From: SAR86 cluster bacterium
Lineage (GTDB): Bacteria; Pseudomonadota; Gammaproteobacteria; Magnimaribacterales; D2472
Assembly: GCA_018607365.1 (NCBI GenBank)
Contig: JABBBT010000031.1
Location: 3,338 to 67,337, forward strand
Direction of reading: 5' to 3'
DNA: 64,000 nt
The notes under the pieces are model-generated. The model made no database searches and was not told the origin of the DNA. It saw only the letters and a program-made list of their open reading frames with translations. The position numbers were made by a program, and so were the translations under genes. This document shows positions 1 through 9,054 of this stretch, piece after piece (the first letter of the stretch is position 1; every line of letters starts with the position of its first letter).

Positions 1-58
1 TTTTATTTTGTAAATCAAAAAGAAGGGCTCTAAATCACTTTAAAAAACGGCTATTTTT

Positions 59-328
59 TTAATCTAAGGCCTTAAAACCGGAAGCTTTTTCATAATCCTC
101 ATTATTAAAGTACTTATCCATTTGGTTCATCAGCCACAATCTGCTATCTGCATTAGACATATCCAACCTCTTTTCATTAATAAGGGTTGTTTGATGCGAT
201 TTCCATTCATCCCATGCCTTTTGTGAGATCGATAACAAAAGATCTTGTCCTTTCTGTCCTGGCATTGGTGGTATCTTAAGTGCTGGCAGCTCTTCCTTAA
301 ATTTTTTACAAAAAACTGTATCTGTCAT
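59..328 (-). CDS. yggX: Fe(2+)-trafficking / oxidative-damage protection protein YggX
   Basis: 89-aa ORF of YggX size with a YggX-like N-terminus (MTDTVFCKKF..EELPAL). Its start overlaps the mutY stop by 4 nt. mutY-yggX is a conserved gammaproteobacterial pair. Confidence 0.85.
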   Translation of the reverse strand: MTDTVFCKKFKEELPALKIPPMPGQKGQDLLLSISQKAWDEWKSHQTTLINEKRLDMSNADSRLWLMNQMDKYFNNEDYEKASGFKALD

Positions 329-1350
329 ATTTCTAAAATTATTTTTTTAATTGGCGCCGGCATACCAACATTGTTAATATCAATTTTTTTTACCCAGCGA
401 TATTCGCTATTTGAGTTAATATCAAAAGAATTATTATATCTTAATAGTGTGATACTCATATTTAAATCTAAATGAGTTAATTTGTGTTTTCTGTTTATAT
501 GAACTTCACCGCAAGATTTCTTTTTAAAAATTTTATGTATTTTTGGTTGTTCAGATGGAAGCCATAATCCTTCCCAAAATGTTTTTTCATTCCTCTTAAA
601 GAGAAGGTATTCATTATCTGTATGAGCAAGAGTAAAGTTAATATTTACTTGTGACTTATCTTTTTTTATTTTTTCTTTTTTAGAACTATCAGCAATTATC
701 GTAAATGCAGAATCACATATAGAGGCTATAGGGCATTGTGCGCAAAGTGGGTCTTTTGGCTTGCATATAGTCGAACCAAGATCCATAACCCCCTGTGTAT
801 AGTCAAATACATTATTTACTGGAGTCTCCTTTCTTGATATCTCCCACAAAACCTTATTTTTTTTTGAAGCAGATTCTTTAGTAACATTTGAGTATCTGCC
901 AAGAACTCTTTTAACGTTTGCATCTAGGATTGGATATGATTTGTTATATGCAATAGACATTATTGCCCCTGCGGTTGATTCACCAATACCAGGAAGAGAC
1001 ATCAGATCATCAAAGTTATCAGGAAATTTTTTATTAAATGAATTCTTTATCTGCTCCTTAGCATTATAAATATTTTTTGCTCTTCTATAGAAACCCAGCC
1101 CGGACCAAAGAGCGATGATCTGGTCCTCACTGGCTAAAATTAAAGAATTAAAAGTAGGGTATGTTTTTATAAACCTAAGATAGTAAGGAATTACAGTTTT
1201 AACTTGAGTTTGCTGAAGCATAATTTCAGAAATCCAAATTTTATATGGAGTAATATTCTTTCTCCAAGGCAATCCTTCTCTTCCATGAGACCTATACCAC
1301 TCAATGACAAGATCAGATAACCGATCTTTAACTTGTATGATTTTGCTCAT
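325..1350 (-). CDS. mutY: A/G-specific adenine DNA glycosylase MutY
   Basis: HhH-GPD motif LPGIGESTAGAI. 4Fe-4S loop CX6CX2CX5C (CKPKDPLCAQCPIASIC). NUDIX-like C-terminal domain, 341 aa. Confidence 0.93.
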   Translation of the reverse strand: MSKIIQVKDRLSDLVIEWYRSHGREGLPWRKNITPYKIWISEIMLQQTQVKTVIPYYLRFIKTYPTFNSLILASEDQIIALWSGLGFYRRAKNIYNAKEQIKNSFNKKFPDNFDDLMSLPGIGESTAGAIMSIAYNKSYPILDANVKRVLGRYSNVTKESASKKNKVLWEISRKETPVNNVFDYTQGVMDLGSTICKPKDPLCAQCPIASICDSAFTIIADSSKKEKIKKDKSQVNINFTLAHTDNEYLLFKRNEKTFWEGLWLPSEQPKIHKIFKKKSCGEVHINRKHKLTHLDLNMSITLLRYNNSFDINSNSEYRWVKKIDINNVGMPAPIKKIILEI

Positions 1351-1970
1351 TCATAGAGATTGTCTTTTTTAATAATAGAACCATCATTATTGAAAGAGTA
1401 ATGAATTGGAGCTCCTGTAGGTATTTCAAGGTTTACGATATCTTCTTGTGATATTCCATCCAACTGCATTATTAATGCTCTTAATGAGTTTCCATGAGCT
1501 GCTATTAATATATTATTTCCATCAATAATCTTGGGCATAATTTGCTGATTAAAGTAAGGTAAAACTCTTTCAGCTGTATTTTTTAGACTCTCTCCATCAG
1601 GTGGCGGTATATCAAATGATCTCCTCCATATATGTACCTGTTCTTCTCCCCATTTTTTTCTAGCATCATCTTTATTTAGACCTGCCAAACTTCCATAATT
1701 CCTTTCATTTAATGCTTCATTTTTAGTTATTAGGATATTGGTCTGCGCTAATAAATCTAAAATTATTGCACCTGTTCTTTGTGCTCTACCCAAGTTAGAA
1801 GTAAACATTTCATCAAACTCAATCTGAGTTTCTTTGATGAGAGCTCCAGCATTACTTGCTTCATTTAACCCAAGATTTGTTAGATCAGGATCTTTCCAGC
1901 CAGTAAATAAATTTTTTGCATTCCACTCACTCTGCCCATGTCTTACGAGTATAAGATTTCTTTTTTTCAT
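1347..1970 (-). CDS. gpmA: 2,3-bisphosphoglycerate-dependent phosphoglycerate mutase
   Basis: Histidine-phosphatase motif LVRHGQSEWNAKNLFTGW and second catalytic His in AAHGNSLRAL. 4-nt overlap with mutY start. Confidence 0.9.
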   Translation of the reverse strand: MKKRNLILVRHGQSEWNAKNLFTGWKDPDLTNLGLNEASNAGALIKETQIEFDEMFTSNLGRAQRTGAIILDLLAQTNILITKNEALNERNYGSLAGLNKDDARKKWGEEQVHIWRRSFDIPPPDGESLKNTAERVLPYFNQQIMPKIIDGNNILIAAHGNSLRALIMQLDGISQEDIVNLEIPTGAPIHYSFNNDGSIIKKDNLYE

Positions 1971-2019
1971 TTTTATATATTTTGAAGAATTTTGTTTTAT
2001 TTTAATAGATAATACTCCA

Positions 2020-2427
2020 ATGGTTAATATTACTTTATTTCTAATAGATCATTACTATCTTTCTGTACCATTATTTATAGCCATAATCTTATTGATTAGA
2101 TCCAATGCTCAAAAGGGCGGCAAGAGAATATCATGTCAAGAATTAACCGCTCTTGCTAACGCAGATAATATGCTTCTGGTTGATTTGAGACCTTCTGATG
2201 ATTTTGAAAAGGGCCATATTACTGGCGCTATTAATATTCCTTTTAATACTTTAGAAAATAGTACCTATAAACTTCAGAATTCTGATAAATCTATCGTTCT
2301 TGTTTGTGAGATGGGCAGCCAATCTGGTAATGCTGGAGAAATCCTCAATAAAGAAGGGCTTAATGATATTTTGATATTAAAAGGCGGCATTGGAGAGTGG
2401 AGACAGTCCAACCTTCCTTTAGTTTAG
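2020..2427 (+). CDS. membrane-anchored rhodanese-domain sulfurtransferase-like protein
   Basis: The ATG at 2020 gives an N-terminal hydrophobic helix followed by a rhodanese fold with active-site loop CEMGSQSG. The longer track ORF from 1834 would overlap gpmA and is rejected. Confidence 0.75.
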   Translation: MVNITLFLIDHYYLSVPLFIAIILLIRSNAQKGGKRISCQELTALANADNMLLVDLRPSDDFEKGHITGAINIPFNTLENSTYKLQNSDKSIVLVCEMGSQSGNAGEILNKEGLNDILILKGGIGEWRQSNLPLV

Positions 2428-3800
2428 ATACCAAGATCCTTCATTTTCTTTGAAAGAGTATTTCTTCCTAACCCAAGCAAAATAGCTGCTTCATTTTTTC
2501 TTCCATTAGTTTTATCTAGTGCTGCTCTTATAATAATTTTGTCTAATTTTTTATTAGCAATCCCCATTAAGTCTTTATCTACAGATGATGCAATATTTTT
2601 AACCCATGAATTAAAACGATCTTCCCAAGAATCAGATGTGGGCTCCTCGGCCTCATGGTCCTTTATTTCCGATGGGAGATCTTGGATTTTTACATTTTGA
2701 GTTGGAGTCATAAGTGCAAGCCAGTAACAGATATTTTCAAGTTGCCTTACATTTCCTGGCCAATTGTAGTTAGCGATAACATCCATTACCTCGGGAGAAA
2801 GAACCCTTAACTCCTCATCCAATGAGTCGGAGTGATTCTTTAGAAAGTATTTAGTAAGAGCTCCAATATCTTCCTTTCGATCTCTGAGAGGAGGTACATC
2901 TATTTTAATTACATTTAGCCTGTAAAAAAGATCCTCTCTAAAAGACTTTTGTGAAACTAGGTTATTTAAATTTTGATGTGTTGCAGCAATTATCCTTACA
3001 TCAACTTTAATAGGCTTATCACCACCCACTCTATAAAATTCTTTATTTGATAAAACTCTTAAAAGTCTTGTTTGAGAATCTAGTGGCATGTCTCCGATCT
3101 CATCTAGAAATAAAGTGCCGCCATTTGCTTGCTCAAACCTACCAATTCTCTTCTCAACAGCTCCTGTAAAAGCTCCTTTTTCATGGCCAAATAATTCTGA
3201 CTCAACAAGTTCTTTAGGAATGTCTGCCATATTTAATGCAATAAAAGGCATATCATTTCTAGGACTATTTTTATGAAGAGATTTGGCTATTAATTCTTTT
3301 CCTGTTCCTGACTCGCCTTGAACCAAAACAGTTGCATTTGTATTTGAGAGCTTACCAATTGCTCTAAAAACATTCTGCATTGAAGCAGACTCACCTATTA
3401 TGTCAGTTGTTGGCTTTGTCTTAAGTCCTTTGGTCGCTGGTTTTTTTTCTAAAGCCCTATTAATTATTTGGGTAGCCTCGTCGAGATCAAAGGGTTTAGG
3501 GATATATTCAAAAGCCCCACCTCCATAAGAATCAACAGCAGCTTGCATATCAGTAAATGCAGTCATGATGATCACAGGAATGTTTTCATGATTATCATTT
3601 ATATGCTTAAGAAGATCATAGCCAAGCATTCCTGGCATCTGCACATCAGTTAATATTAGATCAGGTTCTTCAATTTTTAATTGAGTGACTACGTCATCAC
3701 CAGAAGAAAATGTTTTTACATCAAAGCCAGCAGAAGAGAGGCTTTCATCTAAAACAATTCTAATTGCATTGTCATCATCAGCAACCCATACTTTATGCAC
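2424..3800 (-). CDS. ntrC: sigma-54-dependent nitrogen response regulator NtrC
   Basis: Receiver domain (DDD..DVQMPG), AAA+ Walker A GESGTGKE, sigma-54 contact loop GAFTGA, C-terminal Fis-type HTH. Lies downstream of ntrB with an 8-nt overlap. Confidence 0.9.
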   Translation of the reverse strand: MHKVWVADDDNAIRIVLDESLSSAGFDVKTFSSGDDVVTQLKIEEPDLILTDVQMPGMLGYDLLKHINDNHENIPVIIMTAFTDMQAAVDSYGGGAFEYIPKPFDLDEATQIINRALEKKPATKGLKTKPTTDIIGESASMQNVFRAIGKLSNTNATVLVQGESGTGKELIAKSLHKNSPRNDMPFIALNMADIPKELVESELFGHEKGAFTGAVEKRIGRFEQANGGTLFLDEIGDMPLDSQTRLLRVLSNKEFYRVGGDKPIKVDVRIIAATHQNLNNLVSQKSFREDLFYRLNVIKIDVPPLRDRKEDIGALTKYFLKNHSDSLDEELRVLSPEVMDVIANYNWPGNVRQLENICYWLALMTPTQNVKIQDLPSEIKDHEAEEPTSDSWEDRFNSWVKNIASSVDKDLMGIANKKLDKIIIRAALDKTNGRKNEAAILLGLGRNTLSKKMKDLGI

Positions 3801-4872
3801 TTTGGACCTCTGTATTTAGTTTGATTGGAATTTGTATTGAAAAAGCAGTTTCTCCAGATTTGGTTTTAAAAGTAATTGCTCCTCCATGAATCCTAATAAT
3901 ATCTTGAGAAATTGAAAGCCCTAGACCAGAACCATGTTCTTTAGAGGAAACCATTGGAAAAAATACTTGTTCTTGAATATCAGTTGGTATGCCTGGTCCA
4001 TTATCGATAATACTAACCTCGCAAAGAGTTGGGTGAAGATTCCCATTAATTGGTTGACTGTATGAAACTCGTGATTTAATTGTTATAACTGGGTTAGTCG
4101 TTAGCAATAGAGCCTGCTGAGCATTCTTTACAATATTTAATATTGCCTGAATAAATAAATCTTCGTCACCATATATTTCTGGAATACTTGGATCATAGTC
4201 CCTCTTTAAAATTAAACTGCCGTCTTTATCAACTTGAGACAAGGCAAATACTTTCTCTAATGCGGAATGAATATTAAAAAGTTCTAGTTTAGGTTTTTTG
4301 GGAGGCGTTAATATTTTTGTAACTATATTATTCAATCTCTCAGTTTCATCTATTATTATTTTTAGGAATTTTTTAGAGAAGTCATCACTTAATTTTGATG
4401 AAAGTATTTGAGCGCTACCCTTAATTCCAGATAGTGGATTTTTAACTTCATGAGCTAAAGTTCTTGCAAGATTTGCTGCTATTTTTTGTGTAGAAAAAAT
4501 TTTTGATGAGTCGATAATTTTATTAAGGTTATCGATACAGAATAATTCCATTATTAAAACATTGTCATTCCCCGACCAACTTACAGTTAGATCAACTATT
4601 CTATTTTTCTCTGATAATGTCGAAAGCTTAAAACCTCTTTTAGTTACAGATGCTCCTGAGGTGGCGCAATCTATGAGGAGTTTTGTTAGTTCTATAGATG
4701 TTTTATCACCAAGCTGATCAGTAATTAGGCTTGTTTTCGTATTATTGAAGATCCAGCCATTACTTGTTGCAGAATCATTCATCCAGACTAGATTTAAATC
4801 TTTATCTAAAACAATAATCTCAGAAGCAAGCTGATTTAATAGAGTATTTTTTATAGTATTGATATCAGCCAT
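3793..4872 (-). CDS. ntrB: nitrogen regulation sensor histidine kinase NtrB
   Basis: H-box HEVKNPLSGIKG, N-box NIVKNAQQA, G-boxes DNGPGIP and GSGLGLS. No transmembrane segment, PAS-like N-terminus. Confidence 0.88.
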   Translation of the reverse strand: MADINTIKNTLLNQLASEIIVLDKDLNLVWMNDSATSNGWIFNNTKTSLITDQLGDKTSIELTKLLIDCATSGASVTKRGFKLSTLSEKNRIVDLTVSWSGNDNVLIMELFCIDNLNKIIDSSKIFSTQKIAANLARTLAHEVKNPLSGIKGSAQILSSKLSDDFSKKFLKIIIDETERLNNIVTKILTPPKKPKLELFNIHSALEKVFALSQVDKDGSLILKRDYDPSIPEIYGDEDLFIQAILNIVKNAQQALLLTTNPVITIKSRVSYSQPINGNLHPTLCEVSIIDNGPGIPTDIQEQVFFPMVSSKEHGSGLGLSISQDIIRIHGGAITFKTKSGETAFSIQIPIKLNTEVQSA

Positions 4873-4878
4873 TTAAAG

Positions 4879-4904
4879 CTTAGCTCCTCTTTCAAGGAGC
4901 TAAG
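4879..4904 (-). terminator. intercistronic stem-loop between glnII and ntrB (attenuator/partial terminator)
   Basis: Perfect 9-bp inverted repeat CTTAGCTCC / GGAGCTAAG with an 8-nt loop in the 41-bp glnII-ntrB spacer. On the coding (-) strand the 3' arm contains the GAGGAG Shine-Dalgarno of ntrB. The U-tract is weak. Confidence 0.5.
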
Positions 4905-4913
4905 ATATATTAA

Positions 4914-5897
4914 TTATTTTGTTAATGTCCCTACAATATGGGATAGGATCTTGTATGGATCTGCGTTAGATGCAGGTCTTCTGTCTTCTAAATACCCGTT
5001 CCAGTTATGCTCAACTGTGTAAACAGGTATTCTTATACTAGCACCCCTATCACTTACGCCATATGAAAACTGATCAATGCTCTGGGTTTCATGCAGCCCA
5101 GTTAATCTCATATCATTATCAGATCCGTATGCATCAATACCTTCTTTGTGTACCGCGCCGAGTTTGTCACACATTGAGTTAAATAACTCCTCACTTCCAT
5201 TTGTTCTCATCTCTTCATTTGAGAAGTTTGTATGCATGCCTGAACCATTCCAATCTCCAGTTTTTGGTTTAGGGTGAATGTTAACGCCGACACCAAATTC
5301 TTCAGCAATTTTATATAGAAGATATCTACTTACCCATAGATCATCAGCAGCTTTAATACCTTTTCCTAAACATTGATATTCCCATTGACCAAGTGCCACT
5401 TCAGCGTTAGTTCCAGTAAGTGTTATTCCCAAATCAAGGCAAGCTTGTAAATGTATATCAGAAATTTCTCTTCCAACTACATTGCCAGCTCCAACTCCAC
5501 AATAGTAATCACCTTGAGCTTTTGGCTCGCCTTTTTCCCATCCCAAAGGATCGCCTGTCTCTGGGTCTGTAAAGAAGAATTCTTGTTCAAAACCAAACCA
5601 CCACTCATCAGTAACCACTGCTTCTGCTGCAGCTCTAAAGTTTGATGGATGTGTTGTATGGTCAGCTGATTGAACTTGAGTCATCACAATATCATGACCA
5701 TTGTCATTTGCATAAGTTTGAACAGGTATCAACAAACAATCAGAGCTTCCGCCTTCAGCTTGCTGTGTAGATGATCCATCAAAAGACCAATCAGGCGGAG
5801 TATCCGCATCTGTTGCTTTAACTTTACTCCTCATTGAGGACTCTGGCTCATATCCATCAAGCCATATGTATTCGTATGTTTTATAGTTTATTGACAT
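4914..5897 (-). CDS. glnII: glutamine synthetase, type II (eukaryote/GlnII-like)
   Basis: 327-aa ORF with GSII-type motifs FDGSSTQQA, GVGAGNVVGR, WNGSGMHTNFS and DRGASIRIP. Far shorter than GSI (~470 aa). AGGAG Shine-Dalgarno 5 nt before the ATG. Confidence 0.88.
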   Translation of the reverse strand: MSINYKTYEYIWLDGYEPESSMRSKVKATDADTPPDWSFDGSSTQQAEGGSSDCLLIPVQTYANDNGHDIVMTQVQSADHTTHPSNFRAAAEAVVTDEWWFGFEQEFFFTDPETGDPLGWEKGEPKAQGDYYCGVGAGNVVGREISDIHLQACLDLGITLTGTNAEVALGQWEYQCLGKGIKAADDLWVSRYLLYKIAEEFGVGVNIHPKPKTGDWNGSGMHTNFSNEEMRTNGSEELFNSMCDKLGAVHKEGIDAYGSDNDMRLTGLHETQSIDQFSYGVSDRGASIRIPVYTVEHNWNGYLEDRRPASNADPYKILSHIVGTLTK

Positions 5898-5934
5898 TGT
5901 TTCTCCTAAATTTTTTTAAACCTATCTTAACTAA

Positions 5935-5950
5935 AGCAATTCCTATGCCA
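5935..5950 (-). promoter_or_regulatory. sigma-54 (-24/-12) promoter of glnII
   Basis: The minus strand reads TGGCATAGGAATTGCT, a close match to TGGCAC-N5-TTGCW with correct GG/GC spacing. It lies about 40 nt upstream of the glnII ATG. Confidence 0.8.
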
Positions 5951-5966
5951 TTATAAAATTGATATT

Positions 5967-6035
5967 TGCACTATAAAAGAGTTTATTATGCACTATTTTA
6001 GAACATTAAAGATTGATTTGCACTTATAAAATGCT
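5967..6035 (-). promoter_or_regulatory. candidate NtrC enhancer half-sites (three TGCACT repeats)
   Basis: TGCACT occurs at 5967, 5989 and 6019 (spacings 22 and 30 bp), upstream of the -24/-12 element. The third site forms a partial dyad TGCACT-N5-AATGCT resembling TGCACC-N5-GGTGCA. Confidence 0.5.
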
Positions 6036-6036
6036 T

Positions 6037-6612
6037 TTAAGATAAAGATAGGAATTTTTTAATCTTTATAAACTTATTTGGCAATGATTGATAAGAGTGG
6101 TCTCCGCCGAATGTAATATCAATATGGGCGCCATTAAAATATGCAATTGTTTTATCAAATGCCAAGATCTCATCCCCAGATTCAACCAAAACCATTACCT
6201 TGTTAGGGTGTAATAGCTTTTTATGACTCAGACTTTTAAGAAAGGAGATATCTTCCTCACTTATTGTAAATTTATTTCCAGTAGAATAATTTTCATTTTC
6301 TCCAAGGTTTTTGTCAAAACCAATCAATGGAGGAATTGCTGGGTTTATCAAAACTGCTTTGGCTGAAAGTATCTGCGCATAATACAATGCATAATATCCT
6401 CCAAGGGAACTCCCCATAAAGACAAGATCTGTTTCACAGCTTTTAATTAAATTATTTATTTGCGCATCGGCCTTATGAAACCCATCATTGAGATCAGGAA
6501 TAATTATTGATGTATTTTTAGAGCTATTAGTAATAAATTTTTTTAGATTATGAGCTTTTTTTGAATTAGATGAGGATTTAAATCCATGAAAATAAAGAAT
6601 GGTCTTATTCAT
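6037..6612 (-). CDS. yqiA: esterase YqiA (alpha/beta hydrolase, UPF0227)
   Basis: From the internal ATG (MNKTILYFHGFKSS...) the protein is collinear with E. coli YqiA, including the nucleophile elbow GSSLGGYYA and the C-terminal GGDH. 8-nt overlap with the upstream gene. Confidence 0.8.
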   Translation of the reverse strand: MNKTILYFHGFKSSSNSKKAHNLKKFITNSSKNTSIIIPDLNDGFHKADAQINNLIKSCETDLVFMGSSLGGYYALYYAQILSAKAVLINPAIPPLIGFDKNLGENENYSTGNKFTISEEDISFLKSLSHKKLLHPNKVMVLVESGDEILAFDKTIAYFNGAHIDITFGGDHSYQSLPNKFIKIKKFLSLS

Positions 6613-7051
6613 TATCAATAATTTTCTGCAAACTCTTTTTTGAGGCAATGCCAGATATAAAAATACTTTCTAGCCACTCTGTTAAAAACCTATTTTGTTG
6701 GGCCTTCTCATCTAATGAGTGTGCTTTTGATGCTTTGTAATAAAATGGAAGTGATTTTTCTCCCTGATACTCAAGAACTTCAGCCAATTGAGCATCAATA
6801 CTAATTTGGATTTTTAAGATAAAGCTATTAATTTCCTCAGGATGGTCATCGTTTTGCTTGGCTTCAACCAGAAGGGTGTGCTTAGTTCTATCAAGCACTT
6901 TAAAACTAATTGCTGAAGATGAAAGGTCAGGATTTATAGCTTCAAACTCATATCGGCTTTCTTTGAATTCATTCAAAAGCTTCTTTAATCGTAAAAAGTT
7001 CCCCTCACAAATTGCCAAGTGATGTGATGTAATAGGAAGCGTTTTAATCAT
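6605..7051 (-). CDS. yqiB: DUF1249 family protein (YqiB-like)
   Basis: 148 aa. LAICEGNFLRLKKLL and DEKAQQNRFLTEWLESI mirror the conserved YqiB segments. yqiB-(cpdA)-yqiA neighbourhood as in enterics. Confidence 0.75.
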   Translation of the reverse strand: MIKTLPITSHHLAICEGNFLRLKKLLNEFKESRYEFEAINPDLSSSAISFKVLDRTKHTLLVEAKQNDDHPEEINSFILKIQISIDAQLAEVLEYQGEKSLPFYYKASKAHSLDEKAQQNRFLTEWLESIFISGIASKKSLQKIIDNE

Positions 7052-7053
7052 TA

Positions 7054-8196
7054 CTAAATTCTATATTCTTTTTTTATAGGTGTATATTCTTGACACGCTT
7101 GTAAGTAATTTTCGATAGATTTACTTTCTTCATAGCAAAACTTTTTTATAGCATCCCTAAAATCTTTTTTAAGGATAAAGTGATAAGAGTCACAAGCTCG
7201 TGGCTCAAAGCCTCGTCTTATCTTATGTTCCCCCTGAACACCTGGATCAAAAAACTGAATATTATTTTTAATACAGTAATCTATTCCTTGATAGTAACAG
7301 CATTCAAAATGAAGATTATCTATATTATCAAATGAGCCCCAGTGCCTCCCATAAAGTGTATTTTCACCTTGAAAGCAGAGCGAGCCTGCAATTTTTTTAT
7401 TTTCATATTCAGCAAAAAAAATTACTGGCTTTAAGGTGTTTTTATGTTTATGAACGAGCTTAAAGAAATCATTATTTAAATATGGAGCCTGCATTCGATC
7501 TGTATATGTATTTTTATAAAAAAGATAAAACTCATCCCAATCATTTTCAGTAATTGTATTAGAGTCCTTTGTAATAAAGGTAATGCCAAGTTCCCTAATC
7601 TTTTTTCTTTCAGTTTTTATATTTTTTCTTTGCCTGGATGTAAAAATATTTAGATAGTCATCAAATTCATCATATTTTTTATTATTCCAAACGAACCTAT
7701 AACCATTTCTTTTTATAAAACCTTGAGAAAGCAGGTGCTCTCCAAAATCCTGATTAGGAAAAAGAATATGCCAGGTTTCAATATTTTTTTCTTCCATCAA
7801 TTCTTTGGTTATATCAATACAGTGGTCTTGATTGCTAGTATGCTTTGTTATGATTTTTTTAGTTTCGCAGGGCGTGAAGGGAATCGCGCTTAAAAGTTTT
7901 GGGTAATAGTTCCTATTTGCTCTATTAAGTGCGTAAGACCACTGATGGTCAAAAATAAATTCGCCTTGACTATTATTTTTAAGATACAAAGGCATAAAGC
8001 TGTTCAATTTGTTTTTATCAAAAGAGGCAAAATGAAAAGGCTGCCATCCAGTCGAGGCATTGACAGAGCCACTTCTTTCAAGCGCATCTAAAAATTCATA
8101 TGACATAAATGGAGATCTATATCCATTTAAGTTTTCTTTAAAATCATTAATAGGTATATCAGAAATACTATTTAAAAATTTATTTTTTATGGTCAT
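7054..8196 (-). CDS. FemAB-like GNAT-fold protein (DUF482 family)
   Basis: 380 aa. N-terminal FMSYEFLDALERSGSV..TGWQP and C-terminal FDPGVQGEHKIRRGF are typical of the DUF482/FemAB-like family. Confidence 0.7.
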   Translation of the reverse strand: MTIKNKFLNSISDIPINDFKENLNGYRSPFMSYEFLDALERSGSVNASTGWQPFHFASFDKNKLNSFMPLYLKNNSQGEFIFDHQWSYALNRANRNYYPKLLSAIPFTPCETKKIITKHTSNQDHCIDITKELMEEKNIETWHILFPNQDFGEHLLSQGFIKRNGYRFVWNNKKYDEFDDYLNIFTSRQRKNIKTERKKIRELGITFITKDSNTITENDWDEFYLFYKNTYTDRMQAPYLNNDFFKLVHKHKNTLKPVIFFAEYENKKIAGSLCFQGENTLYGRHWGSFDNIDNLHFECCYYQGIDYCIKNNIQFFDPGVQGEHKIRRGFEPRACDSYHFILKKDFRDAIKKFCYEESKSIENYLQACQEYTPIKKEYRI

Positions 8197-8199
8197 TGC

Positions 8200-9054
8200 T
8201 TATATAAAAAATATTTCTGCAGTAAAACCAAGAACTGCAAACAAGCCAATATAGTTATTTGTCTTGAATGCATCCAGGTAAAGTTCTTTCTTTGCTAACC
8301 GGTTTTGGAAGTAAAAAAGAATTAACAATATTCCCATAGTGAGTAAAAAGAAAATAGAAAATTCATTTAAATAAGCAATTAATAAAAGTGACGCATAAAA
8401 GATAAGATGCAAGGCATTGGCAATAAATATTGTTTTACCCCCCCAGAGGATTGGAGTTGAGTTTATGCCAATTTTCTTATCATCATCAATATCCTCAAGC
8501 GCATAGAAGCTATCAAAGCTTACGATCCAAGCCACAAGACCAAAATATAAGATAATAATTGATAACGAAAAACTTTCAGATTGAAGTGAGTATGAGATTA
8601 CCGATCCAGAACCAAATGTTATGCCTAGTATAAGTTGAGGAGCTTTTAAGAATCTTTTAGACAAGGGGTATAAAATAATTAGAAGAGAAACAAATAGTGC
8701 AATTTTTAATGTCAGCAGCGGGGTTAGTAATAATAAGCAAAATGAAGCTATAGATAATATTATAAAAAATATCCAAGCTTCTTTAAGTGAAATATTCCCT
8801 GACGCAAGGGGTCTTTCTTTTGTTCTTTCAACAACTTTATCAAAATTGCGATCGCTAATATCGTTAATGACACATCCGCAAGACCTTACTAAAACTGAGC
8901 CTACTAAAACGATAAGTATATTTTCAAAATCAATATATCCCTCTGAAATTGCTCCAAGAAGAAGGCCAAGCAAGGAAGGCCATAACAAAAGATAAATACC
9001 GATTGGCTTGTCTAGTCTAGCTAGCTTGATGAAATTTAATATCTTAGATTTCAT
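8200..9054 (-). CDS. ubiA: 4-hydroxybenzoate polyprenyltransferase UbiA
   Basis: LARLDKPIG N-terminus, NDISDRNFD Asp-rich motif, multi-TM. Start placed at MKSK (9054); the track ORF extends to 9096 and would overlap ubiC by 53 nt. Confidence 0.88.
   Translation of the reverse strand: MKSKILNFIKLARLDKPIGIYLLLWPSLLGLLLGAISEGYIDFENILIVLVGSVLVRSCGCVINDISDRNFDKVVERTKERPLASGNISLKEAWIFFIILSIASFCLLLLTPLLTLKIALFVSLLIILYPLSKRFLKAPQLILGITFGSGSVISYSLQSESFSLSIIILYFGLVAWIVSFDSFYALEDIDDDKKIGINSTPILWGGKTIFIANALHLIFYASLLLIAYLNEFSIFFLLTMGILLILFYFQNRLAKKELYLDAFKTNNYIGLFAVLGFTAEIFFI

Noticed and set aside
245-475. Short plus-strand ORFs overlapping yggX/mutY (245-475); similar small shadow ORFs (e.g. 3088-3276, 5077-5277, 8060-8254, 24249-24786)
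   Set aside because: Each lies antisense or out of frame within a strongly supported gene, is 60-80 aa, and has a low-complexity translation.
1834-2019. N-terminal 62 codons of the track ORF 1834-2427
   Set aside because: This part would overlap gpmA on the opposite strand by more than 130 nt and adds no rhodanese-related sequence. The ATG at 2020 gives a sensible TM anchor plus domain.
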